Shown here: piece by piece, positions 9,812 to 18,669 of the stretch
Numbering within the stretch: position 1 is the first letter of the stretch
How the letters are laid out: each line of letters opens with the position of its first letter
DNA from: Promethearchaeota archaeon
Lineage (GTDB): Archaea; Asgardarchaeota; Lokiarchaeia; Sigyniarchaeales; SOKP01
NCBI GenBank assembly: GCA_019057865.1
Contig: JAHLWP010000027.1
Coordinates: forward strand, 1 to 56,790
DNA: 56,790 nt
Reading direction: 5' to 3'
The notes under the pieces: model-generated
Database searches by the model: none
The model's input: only the letters and a program-made list of their open reading frames with translations
Told to the model about the DNA's origin: nothing
Made by a program: the position numbers and the translations under genes

Positions 9812-10057
9812 TTATAGCTTATAGATGACTATGGCAAATAAATTTCCATTTATCGAATGATGACTTGAATTTTTTACCTTTTCATAAAAGACAACCCTTA
9901 GATGTTCCTCTTTTAACACTTCGTGCAAATCTGATCGTCTATAATTGTCAGTATCAAAAATTTCAAATTCATGAAAGTGAAGTTTAATTTGGTTAACAAA
10001 ATCAAGAAGAATATCTAATACTATCCTAGAAATTTTTTCAAACATATTATTTATCAA
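9812..10057 (-). CDS. Hypothetical protein or fragment
   Basis: 81-aa ORF with GGAGTGA upstream; no motif. Confidence 0.35.
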   Translation of the reverse strand: MINNMFEKISRIVLDILLDFVNQIKLHFHEFEIFDTDNYRRSDLHEVLKEEHLRVVFYEKVKNSSHHSINGNLFAIVIYKL

Positions 10058-10113
10058 CTTTCACTCCTGTTTCTTTCATTAATAATTAATTTATAAAATT
10101 TCAGATAAAAAAG

Positions 10114-10486
10114 CTATATTATTTTTAATTTTTTTATTAGGGTAAAAACAATTTCAATAATGCCTACGATTATGTGCCATTGTACATCTTTATATTTAAT
10201 TAACCCATGGAGCAACTTTATTTCTTAAATTTAGACCTGTTTTATCTGCTAAAAACCATAATAAGTATGTGTTTAAGTCATCTCCAATGATATTTTTGAA
10301 ATTCTTATCTAATAAGAAATCCCCTAATGTTTTGCCTTGTATTCCTTCAGGTACTTTCTTTATAACTGGTATTCCCATCTTTTCTGCTATGTTTTTCGTG
10401 AATGTTTCTAATTGAGGAATTAATATAAAAAAAGCAGCATGATACTCATTTGAGATGAAATATTTAAATCCATCTGTTAAAAACAA
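10114..10486 (-). pseudogene. DUF4209 / HEPN-type domain fragment with a frameshift
   Basis: ILIPQLE...TLGDFL...GLNLRNKVA. Removing one C at about 10210 restores RNKVAHGL and a frame running to TAG at 10114. Confidence 0.75.
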
Positions 10487-10660
10487 AGAGAGATCTCTTT
10501 CAAGATTATTTTTATCAAAAAATTCTTTTAATTTCTCTTATGATAGGTTATACTAAAAGTTTGCATCAAATACTCGGATACTAAGGCTTTTAGCTTTAAA
10601 TAATTTAAATACTCGATAATTTCAAATAAAAGTCTAATATTAGTCTATATAATGAGATTT

Positions 10661-11383
10661 TTATTCATTATACTCATAGATATTGTGATCCGTTCTTGCG
10701 AGAGTTATCATATCTATATTATTGCAACCCTTTTCATTCAATCTGAAAAATATTTTCTCTTTAGTTTCTCCATCAGTAATAATATCATCTATTAATAATA
10801 TTCTTCTCTGATTTAAATTATCATTTTCACATATTATCGAGTATTCCTTTGTATAATCATCTATTCGTGCTATCCTACTTATATTCATTGGAATATTAAA
10901 AAGATTGCCAAATTCCATACTAATTATTTCAACTGAATTATAGGAATACTCTAATTTAGCAGGTACAGGAATTATTTCATTATAATTTAATGATCCAATT
11001 ACATTTTTCAAATAATTAGCATAAAAATTTGAAATTATTCTTAATTGCTGCTTTCTGGACTCTATTATATAATCGCTCCGAGCTCTATGCAATGGTCCTG
11101 ACTTAGAATTGAACAAAATATCTGAAAATGCAGGATATCTTAGATTAGGAGTGTCTTCTAAATCACTATAAAAATTCCTCTGGGGATAATATGCACCCAA
11201 AGAAATAACCTCATCAATTTTTAACCTTTTTGTTAAATCATAAAACCAGAAAGGTCTCTTAAATTCTTTTGAAAAATTGGGATTGATATTTAGCGAGAAT
11301 CTCCCTTTAATAAGCGGAATTGAATTCAATGTAATTTCGCTGCATTTAAATATTCCAAAATCAAACTTTATTTTCTTAGTCAT
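10661..11383 (-). CDS. ComF-like type I phosphoribosyltransferase (ShosT-like)
   Basis: IIPVP motif and PRPP-binding loop RILLIDDIITDGET; overlaps the DprA gene by 8 nt. Confidence 0.8.
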   Translation of the reverse strand: MTKKIKFDFGIFKCSEITLNSIPLIKGRFSLNINPNFSKEFKRPFWFYDLTKRLKIDEVISLGAYYPQRNFYSDLEDTPNLRYPAFSDILFNSKSGPLHRARSDYIIESRKQQLRIISNFYANYLKNVIGSLNYNEIIPVPAKLEYSYNSVEIISMEFGNLFNIPMNISRIARIDDYTKEYSIICENDNLNQRRILLIDDIITDGETKEKIFFRLNEKGCNNIDMITLARTDHNIYEYNE

Positions 11384-12353
11384 TAAAGCTCTCCATTCTC
11401 TTAGAATACTCCTTTTCTAAAATCTCAATTATATTTTTGATATTACTAAGATCATTTTTTATTTCAATTCCGCCCCCATCCCTAACAATCTTTAAAATAT
11501 GTGTGTTATCGTGATTCCAATTCTCTGGCTCCAGATAAAATACAGGGCGCATAATTTCTTTCGCAAATTTATATTGCCATATCGTTCCTGATCTATAATT
11601 ACCTTCAATGAAGATGCTACCTAATGATAATTGTGCAGAAAATCGGTTTCTCATTTGTAGTGCGAACTTATTAATACGATTCCATAAAAGATTTTGCGAT
11701 ATTAAGGCACCATTTTTAATAACTGACTGTACATATTGTTTATTCTCATTAGGATAAACATTTTCAACTCCGGATGCTAAAACACCTATATATCTCCCAT
11801 TTTGCGCATTAGCTCCGATAAAAGCCTCAATATCTATACCTTTTGCAAAACCATTTATAAGCGTGAATTTATATTTAGCTAGCAATTCCGCGATTTGCCG
11901 AGTCTTAGCAATTGCTTCTTTTGTTGGCGTTCGAGATCCACATATAGAGTAAGATTTTAAATCTTTATCTATAATCTGACCTTTGATAAATACTAAATCA
12001 CGCTTTCCGGGCTGCAAAATTTGAAGCAATTTAGGAATGTTTTTATCGAAAGGTGTTGCAATTGTAATATTTTTCTGGATGCAATATTTAACTAATTTCT
12101 CCAATTCAGAGTATTCCTCTTCGTTAGGATTAAAATCATATAATTTTGAAATTTTGTTGAAATATTCTAGGTTTGATTTCTTTTTAGTAAGCAGAATCTT
12201 AGTTAAAAATTCTTTATTTAAGGATTTTAATCGAGATATCTCCATTGTAGGAATTTGAAATAATTTAATAAGCCCTGATTTTGAGAACTTCATAATCCGT
12301 AATAGAAATATATAATCAATTATATTTCGATGTGAATTTACTTCTTCTAGCAT
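11376..12353 (-). CDS. dprA: DprA/Smf family SLOG protein (ShosA-like)
   Basis: SICGSRTPT, INGFAKGID, GVLASGV..VYP.EN, MRNRFSAQLS, IEG...SGT. Confidence 0.9.
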   Translation of the reverse strand: MLEEVNSHRNIIDYIFLLRIMKFSKSGLIKLFQIPTMEISRLKSLNKEFLTKILLTKKKSNLEYFNKISKLYDFNPNEEEYSELEKLVKYCIQKNITIATPFDKNIPKLLQILQPGKRDLVFIKGQIIDKDLKSYSICGSRTPTKEAIAKTRQIAELLAKYKFTLINGFAKGIDIEAFIGANAQNGRYIGVLASGVENVYPNENKQYVQSVIKNGALISQNLLWNRINKFALQMRNRFSAQLSLGSIFIEGNYRSGTIWQYKFAKEIMRPVFYLEPENWNHDNTHILKIVRDGGGIEIKNDLSNIKNIIEILEKEYSKRMESFND

Positions 12354-12837
12354 TATTCATTCTATATTTGGTTTTATTATTTTTAAAAACATTGTCACTT
12401 TTAAATTTATAATCCATAATTTTTTAGGATTTTAAAAAATTATAATTTATCCTAATTTAAATAAAAAATAGAAATAATATAAAAAAAAGGCAAAACGAAA
12501 AAAAAAAGAAATCGTTAATCCTTAAATTATTTCACAGTACTAATTGAAAACCATCCGATCGTATAATCTCCTCTGTAGATTTCAACTATATAAGTTGCGG
12601 GAGTCTTAGTTATCATTTGAAATTAGTAATCTATTTTTTTGGGAAAATAAATAATTAAAAGTAAAAAATTCTAAAAATTCAAAAATTTAGAATTAGGTGA
12701 AAATATGAATTTTTTTCTTTTTTAACATTCAATTTCGTAATTTCCCTCTAAAGAAAGTACAATCTTAATTTATAGATATCTTTTCTAATAATTAGATATA
12801 TTAGTTGATCGTTTCAATTTCAAATCTTTTTGAATAT

Positions 12838-13097
12838 CAATACTTATTTATAAGTATCAATACTTATTTTGGAGATTTTTAAATTTAAGTAATCATATAA
12901 TAAGAGAAAAATAGGGAAATAACAATACTTATTTATAAGTATCAATACTTATTTGCCAATTTTTTAATTTTAAAAAGTCATATGATATCAGAAAAATAGA
13001 GAATAACAATACTTATTTATGAGTCTCAATACTTATTGGTGGGTTTTTTTAATTTTATATAATCATATGATATCAGAAAAATAGAAGTATCAATACT
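12838..13097. repeat. Three tandem 84-85 bp units plus a partial fourth, each with two CAATACTTATT boxes
   Basis: CAATACTTATT starts at 12838, 12858, 12923, 12943, 13007 and 13027; CAATACT at 13091. Units 1 and 2 contain the perfect inverted repeat ATACTTAT-TT-ATAAGTAT. Confidence 0.9.
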
Positions 13098-13492
13098 GGA
13101 CTCTTGCTGTAAGAACAGTCTACATAACAGTTGACGGAGTAACTCTCGATCTTTTATTTGCGGAAGATGTTGCATTGAATCCTGCGACAGGCAAAATTGA
13201 GGTAAAAATTTTAGTTCATCTTGTTACAACGTCACTAGTACAGCTAATTATAACTACACAAGTTCATCAACAAGGTTCTATTTCCGTCGCATTAGGATTT
13301 AGTACTGAGCTTTTAAGAATTGATAGAGATCCTGGGGATTATAGCTTTCCATATCAATTTAATATCAGTACAACCGATGCTAATAATAATATCGCGCAAC
13401 CCGGTTTTTATGACTTTATAATATCTGCAACAGTTTCTCCTACTGGTTTGCAAAAAGAAATTAAATTTAATGATTTTGAATATTCACCATAA
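13085..13492 (+). pseudogene. C-terminal fragment of a beta-rich, possibly surface protein
   Basis: The frame is open from 13085 (KYQYWTLAVRTVYITVDG...) with no ATG and begins inside the last repeat unit. It is rich in Thr/Val/Ile beta-strand patterns. Confidence 0.5.
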
Positions 13493-13683
13493 ATTCCTAA
13501 TTTTTTTCATTATTTAATTGGATTCTAAAGAATTATAACCTTTAAGAGATTTTTTTAATTAGAGCAATTATTTTTTATCTAAAAAGAAATCTTAAAGAAA
13601 ATCCGTTAATCTTAAATATAACACAGATTCTCACTATTGCAACCAATACAATTGAATAATGTTTAAATAATTAGAGGTTTAAG

Positions 13684-14535
13684 TTGAAAGAAAACAATAA
13701 AAAGATAATTAAAGCATTTAAGGCAGAAGATCTTGAGGAGGTTAAGAAATTTCTGAAGGAATTTCCAGATGGAACCTATAAAAATAATCCATATTTAAGA
13801 CACATTGAAGTTCTCATAGACTATGGAAAACCACCAGGACAATATCACACTATCCAACTGAAAAAAGATGGACAAAACTATTTAATTGGAACAATTGTTT
13901 TCTCACATGGTGAAAGAATCATTTTTTTCCCAGGAATTCAAAAAATGTTTGTTCCTTCGCCAATTACAAAAAAAAGTTATAATATTCACCATATCACTTG
14001 TGATAAATCACTGAAAGAAGGACATCTGAAATTTCGAGATAGAAATATTAGATTTCCAGATTTTATACTCCAAAAGGTTAATAACATACATTTTTGGTTT
14101 GGATTAGCCATAGATAAGCCAGAAGTTTTATTTTCTAGAGCAAAACACAAAGAATTACTCAAAATTCCTAAAAAGATAGGTGTTGATGTTCAAAGAAGGT
14201 TATCCTTGATTAATCAATATTGTCAAAAAGGATTTGGATTTAATATAAAATCGAGAACTATTAATTCTCAAGAATTCTTAAATTTCGAATTTTTCATAAA
14301 AAAAAATGGAAATTTCGATTTAAGTGAAAACTTAAACATCCCCATTGGTAGTTACAATGCAGATTTCAAGGGCGGAAGGCAATATCCTACTACGATATCC
14401 CATGCTAAAGATAGCGAGTCAAGTCAAATGGTCATAATCAGATTCTCAATTTTACGAAAAAATAAAGAAAATAGCTTAAGTTTAAGGAAATCATCATTAT
14501 TTTTTCATTACCTAAAATCCTTTAATAAGTATTGA
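13684..14535 (+). CDS. Hypothetical protein
   Basis: 283-aa ORF, TTG start preceded by AGAGGT; no family recognised. Confidence 0.7.
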   Translation: MKENNKKIIKAFKAEDLEEVKKFLKEFPDGTYKNNPYLRHIEVLIDYGKPPGQYHTIQLKKDGQNYLIGTIVFSHGERIIFFPGIQKMFVPSPITKKSYNIHHITCDKSLKEGHLKFRDRNIRFPDFILQKVNNIHFWFGLAIDKPEVLFSRAKHKELLKIPKKIGVDVQRRLSLINQYCQKGFGFNIKSRTINSQEFLNFEFFIKKNGNFDLSENLNIPIGSYNADFKGGRQYPTTISHAKDSESSQMVIIRFSILRKNKENSLSLRKSSLFFHYLKSFNKY

Positions 14536-14553
14536 GTAAAAAATACATCAATA

Positions 14554-14678
14554 GTGCCACTGCACCGGTTCTCGGTGCCTTGAGCAAGTGAGAGCACTTC
14601 AAGCGGTGGGTGGACCGAAAGTACTGACCGAGCATGTCCCATTCTGCATTACACACCCGATCCATTGTATCATTGCGG
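14554..14678. ncRNA. Candidate structured non-coding RNA, family unassigned
   Basis: About 55% GC by hand count (69/125) in very AT-rich flanks. Hairpins GCACCG/CGGTGC and CTTG-AAGTG/CACTT-CAAG, closed by CCAC/GTGG pairing. Confidence 0.55.
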
Positions 14679-14899
14679 AAAAATTACACTACTTTAGATA
14701 ATAATTAAAAAAAAAGATTTCTACTTTATATCTTGGAAAAAAAGGACTAAAAACGAATAATTCTATAGTTAAATTAGTCCAATTAATTACTAAACTAAAA
14801 GATCTTAAAGAAAAATAAAAAAGCATAAAAGATAAAAATAAGTTTTTTCTATCTTTATTCAACTGTATTAGGTTTCTTTTTATTACTTTTCTCACATAA

Positions 14900-15240
14900 T
14901 ATTTGAATATTCTTTTCAGTATTTGAACCCCTTTTACTATAAAATATTATGTAATCGAATAACTCATCTCCATCCCAGAATTCAATTCTGATAGAATGTG
15001 AACGCTGCTCATCTGCAACTGTAGATGTAAAACATCCGATTATGACAAATATACCTTTTTTTACTCTATCCATTGTATTAATCGTTATAATCACACTCTG
15101 ATTTTTTAATTAGTTCTAACAGTCTTATGTCCTTGTTCCCGCTTTACAATTAATTTTTTTCTTTTTTTTTATCGTGCATAAATATTTTAAAGTTAATGAG
15201 CATACCGCCAATTGTCAACACTTCTTTAAAGATCTCTTCT
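14900..15240 (-). pseudogene. Mrr-like (type IV) restriction endonuclease remnant
   Basis: KGIFVIIGCFTSTVADE...IEFWDGDELFDYI matches the Mrr catalytic-domain C-terminus. An upstream piece VLTIGGMLINFKIFMHDKK is separated by stops/frameshifts. Confidence 0.6.
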
Positions 15241-15282
15241 TCATCATAAAATATATTAGCACTGGATGTACTACTTTTTTGT

Positions 15283-16113
15283 ATGACAAAGATCGATAAT
15301 AATACCAGAATTCAAACCTTAAAACGAATGTTATCAGTTGCTAAAAAATTAGTAGAAAATGAATCAAATGAAATTTTTGAGTTAGCTCATCACATAGCAG
15401 ATAATGTCTTAAGTAAAATTTGTATGCTTGTTGGTCAAGAACAAAATAGGGATGACTTAGTTTATGAAAACGGTCAACGGCGAAGAACAAAAGCATTTAA
15501 TGTCTTGTATGAGGGTATTCTGGAAAAATTTTTTCCAAATGTCCCAAAATATGATGAAATAATCAAAAATTATCATAGAGAAAGAAATACATATCATCAT
15601 GATTTAATTTCGCTGGATTTTTCTATAAGAAAGCCTTCAGCAATAAATTACATTAAATGTGTAGAAGATATTATGCAAAAAGTTGGCTATTTAGGAGAGA
15701 ATGAGGCGATAGAACCATATACTTTTAATACCCTAATTCAAGATAGAGATGTACCTCAAAAGAAACAAATAGCCCAAAAATTCAAAAAATTGTATAATAG
15801 GTTAGCTTCTAGAGATCCTAAACATGTTATTATAGATGTGAGAACCTTACTTGATGATATCGGTAAGATCGATTTAGGGAGAGTTCTGAAAATGGATTAT
15901 ATTCCAGATAGTAAAGAAAGAATGATGTTAATAGAACATAGCAAGTGGAATTTATCAATTAAGACAGGCTCATCTCAACATTTAAGACTTATAAAATATG
16001 TAAATGGGGACTCTCAGGCCTATGATTTTGAAATTCCAAATCAAAATGAAGATATTTTAAATGAATTTTTAGATTTGATAAGAGATCGATGTAAAGAACA
16101 CGGAATATTCTAA
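15283..16113 (+). CDS. HEPN-motif protein (putative RNase) with a C-terminal extension
   Basis: Helical N-terminal half with an intact RNTYHH (R-N-x3-H) motif. Confidence 0.6.
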   Translation: MTKIDNNTRIQTLKRMLSVAKKLVENESNEIFELAHHIADNVLSKICMLVGQEQNRDDLVYENGQRRRTKAFNVLYEGILEKFFPNVPKYDEIIKNYHRERNTYHHDLISLDFSIRKPSAINYIKCVEDIMQKVGYLGENEAIEPYTFNTLIQDRDVPQKKQIAQKFKKLYNRLASRDPKHVIIDVRTLLDDIGKIDLGRVLKMDYIPDSKERMMLIEHSKWNLSIKTGSSQHLRLIKYVNGDSQAYDFEIPNQNEDILNEFLDLIRDRCKEHGIF

Positions 16114-16168
16114 TGATAAAAGAAAAGAGAGATTTTTTCATTAATAATTAGAAATCCTTTAGAAATGA

Positions 16169-16954
16169 TTAATCATCATAAGAAAGAACAAATTCACAGA
16201 ATTTTTTTGCATAGTTTCTTTCCAGTTTTTTTAAGCCCATATGAACTATGGTTGTTTTATGGGGCCAACCGATTTGCTTAAAAATATCTGGTAAAATGTT
16301 CCACTTTTTATTATCCGTAAACTGAATTGCTTTTTTAAATAATCTACTCTCATTAGGGTTGCCAGCTGCGATAACTGGTCTTTCATCTTTTCGAATTATG
16401 TGCATATTATTACCTATTCTTTTATCAATTTTTGAATAGTTGAGATTTTGCCCACTAAAGCGAAAGTCGAAAATTTTTTCAATTGTAATGTATCCTACTA
16501 GATATTTACCTTTTGCTCTTCTCCGAAAAGCAGGAATTAGACTCATATAGAACACAAGCATATCTCCTCTGTCTAGATTTGATAAGGCTTTGGCTTTTGC
16601 TTCTGATCCTTCACCATACGTGAAGGTATTAAATTCAGGGTCGTAATGTGGAATATATGAGGTTAAAGGATAACCTTTATACTTTCCATCTCCCAAATAG
16701 TCTCCCATATATATTCTATTAGGAAATTCTGGCCAAGGGTCAATTTTAATCTCGTTATATGTCTTGAGATCATAGGAGCTCTTATATACATTTTTATGAA
16801 ATAATCTTAGCTCTGCTACTTTTTCATTATGTATTGGATTCTCAATTGAGAATTCTGGAATAGGAATAAACAAGAATCTACCATCATCTAATATTGGAGC
16901 ATATTGTCCTCCAGTACTAGATTCAATTCCTATTGGTACAATAAGTATTTTCAT
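16169..16954 (-). CDS. Nmad3 (nucleotide modification associated domain 3) protein
   Basis: GIESSTGGQYAPILDDGRFLFIPIPE, HYDPEF.TFTYGE, LDRGDMLVFY, YLVGY; 1-nt overlap with Nmad2. Confidence 0.8.
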   Translation of the reverse strand: MKILIVPIGIESSTGGQYAPILDDGRFLFIPIPEFSIENPIHNEKVAELRLFHKNVYKSSYDLKTYNEIKIDPWPEFPNRIYMGDYLGDGKYKGYPLTSYIPHYDPEFNTFTYGEGSEAKAKALSNLDRGDMLVFYMSLIPAFRRRAKGKYLVGYITIEKIFDFRFSGQNLNYSKIDKRIGNNMHIIRKDERPVIAAGNPNESRLFKKAIQFTDNKKWNILPDIFKQIGWPHKTTIVHMGLKKLERNYAKKFCEFVLSYDD

Positions 16955-17613
16955 TATTCTTCATCATCCTTAGGTGTTCCATCATATTCTATACATTTAT
17001 GGCATATGTCAAGATTTACGGAAAGTAAATACGGTGAACCTTGACATCCATTAAGACCATATTTAGTTTTCAACCAATTTAAGAAATTTGTAATAAGATT
17101 TTCTGGAAAAGTACACTTATGCCCTGGACCTTTTTTAATAATATCTTGAATTTTTTTAGGAATTTCCACAGCCTTTTTACCAAAGTAACAGAAAAGTTTT
17201 GAAATTAGCACAAATTCACCACTAAGGTCGTGTTGCTTTAATTCTTCATTTTCACTACCATCTCTATTGCTATGATTTGAAGGCCTCTGGTAATATACAC
17301 CCTTTGGATCTTTAAAGTAAATATTATCACCAACTTTCTTAATTTTATCACTACTAAACCAAGTCGGAATCTTATAACTGAATCTTTTATCTCTATCGTA
17401 TTGATCAAAAGATATCTTCTCTTCGACCTTCATTGCATAGATTAATTTTATGTTACCCACATATTCAACTGAACCTGTGCCAACTACCCAATCTCCTATT
17501 TTGATCTTTTTTCTAATCCGGGGTTTACAGGTGGCTAATGTGCAATACTCTCCAAATGGATTAGGTGCAAATCCAGAATCATACCTAACTACATATGAAT
17601 AGATCCTTGTCAT
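16954..17613 (-). CDS. Nmad2 (nucleotide modification associated domain 2) protein
   Basis: IYSYVVRYDSGFAPNPFGEYCTLATCKPRIRK, GDWVVGTG, LIYAMKV, GDNIY, VLIS..F.YFG..A. Confidence 0.88.
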   Translation of the reverse strand: MTRIYSYVVRYDSGFAPNPFGEYCTLATCKPRIRKKIKIGDWVVGTGSVEYVGNIKLIYAMKVEEKISFDQYDRDKRFSYKIPTWFSSDKIKKVGDNIYFKDPKGVYYQRPSNHSNRDGSENEELKQHDLSGEFVLISKLFCYFGKKAVEIPKKIQDIIKKGPGHKCTFPENLITNFLNWLKTKYGLNGCQGSPYLLSVNLDICHKCIEYDGTPKDDEE

Positions 17614-17647
17614 ATACTCAGATAGTTGTATTATTTTTTTTTTAAGA

Positions 17648-18274
17648 TCATATTCGACCTTTTGCCCAAAAGATAAAGTCTAAGACTTTAACAGGATTAT
17701 CCCTTAGTTTTGAGATATCTCTTTTTTCTTTCAATTCTTCAATAATCATCTCTAAGGAATTATTTTTTATGATATATTCATAGCTCTGTTTAATTTCATT
17801 GTAAACAGAAAAAAACGATTCTATTTTCTCTTCAGGTGTGGTACCATACGGTTCTTTTAGCCCTAACGCTTTTCGGACTTGAGAATCATAGATAGGATAC
17901 TTATTATTTACTGTATGAAGCAACTTCGAACCATAGGAATATTCCATCTTAAATTCTCCACTTTTATCTTTCCTTAATTTTAACTTATGTAATATTTCTC
18001 TAACCTTTTCCTCAAATTTATCACTATCCGTTAGAGTAAAATCAGCAAGCACTGTAAAAAAGGGCTCTGATACCTGTGCCGAGATACGTATCATATAATA
18101 TTTTCTAAATACAAATTTAAATAAAGAATCATCTACAATCTTTTCTCCCAAGATCATGTATTGTTCGTGAATGAAGCAATAGACATCAATATATTCTTGG
18201 GGGATATTCTCAATGATAGTATCTTTTTCTTTATCTACTGATTTAATTATTTTTAGAATTCTTAATCGTTCCAT
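17648..18274 (-). CDS. All-helical protein with a motif resembling the HhH DNA-glycosylase superfamily
   Basis: FRKYY...SYGSKLLHTVNNKYPIYDSQVRKALG...VKVLDFIFW; 34 nt upstream of Nmad2. Confidence 0.55.
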   Translation of the reverse strand: MERLRILKIIKSVDKEKDTIIENIPQEYIDVYCFIHEQYMILGEKIVDDSLFKFVFRKYYMIRISAQVSEPFFTVLADFTLTDSDKFEEKVREILHKLKLRKDKSGEFKMEYSYGSKLLHTVNNKYPIYDSQVRKALGLKEPYGTTPEEKIESFFSVYNEIKQSYEYIIKNNSLEMIIEELKEKRDISKLRDNPVKVLDFIFWAKGRI

Positions 18275-18342
18275 CTTATTAGGAGGTTCCTTCTTTTTTA
18301 TTTAATAATAGTTATGTTTGACATTGAATGAATTACCTTTTT

Positions 18343-18669
18343 TTAGTTATAATTTTTATTTATAGTGTATTCTAATTTGGTGGATTTTTTAACTAAAATT
18401 TTTAAAATCTTTGCGTGGAAATCCATATTATTTACAAACCACTTGGGAATATTCGTCTTATTCATCCTTAAATAAGGATTTGATATATTGTGAATTTTAG
18501 GGTATTCAATACCAAATAGGATTAAAACAGCTTTTAATGATTGCTCTACAGCCATTTCATAAGAAAATACAACGTCATTCCATCGTTCATCTTCAAATGC
18601 GCGAATCGCATTCTGCTGCCATTGTTTTCCTCTTTTTAATCCTTCCTGAGCGACTTCTATATTATTCAT
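18343..18669 (-). CDS. HEPN domain protein of an MNT-HEPN pair, probably 3'-truncated
   Basis: FSYEMAVEQSLKAVL...YPKIHNI. The ORF ends in a low-complexity tail without the expected C-terminal Arg motif and helix. Confidence 0.75.
   Translation of the reverse strand: MNNIEVAQEGLKRGKQWQQNAIRAFEDERWNDVVFSYEMAVEQSLKAVLILFGIEYPKIHNISNPYLRMNKTNIPKWFVNNMDFHAKILKILVKKSTKLEYTINKNYN

Noticed and set aside
12838-13097. CRISPR array
   Set aside because: The intervening segments are diverged copies of each other rather than unique spacers, and there are no cas genes in the window.
14612-14640. Hammerhead ribozyme (GAAA...CTGA..GAG)
   Set aside because: The core reads CTGACCGA rather than CTGANGA, and only 3 nt separate GAAA from CTGA, leaving no room for stems I and III.
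14554-14678. 5S rRNA
   Set aside because: ACACCCGATCCATT resembles a 5S motif, but it is at the wrong end of the segment and the following CCGAAC...GAAGTTAAG is absent on both strands.
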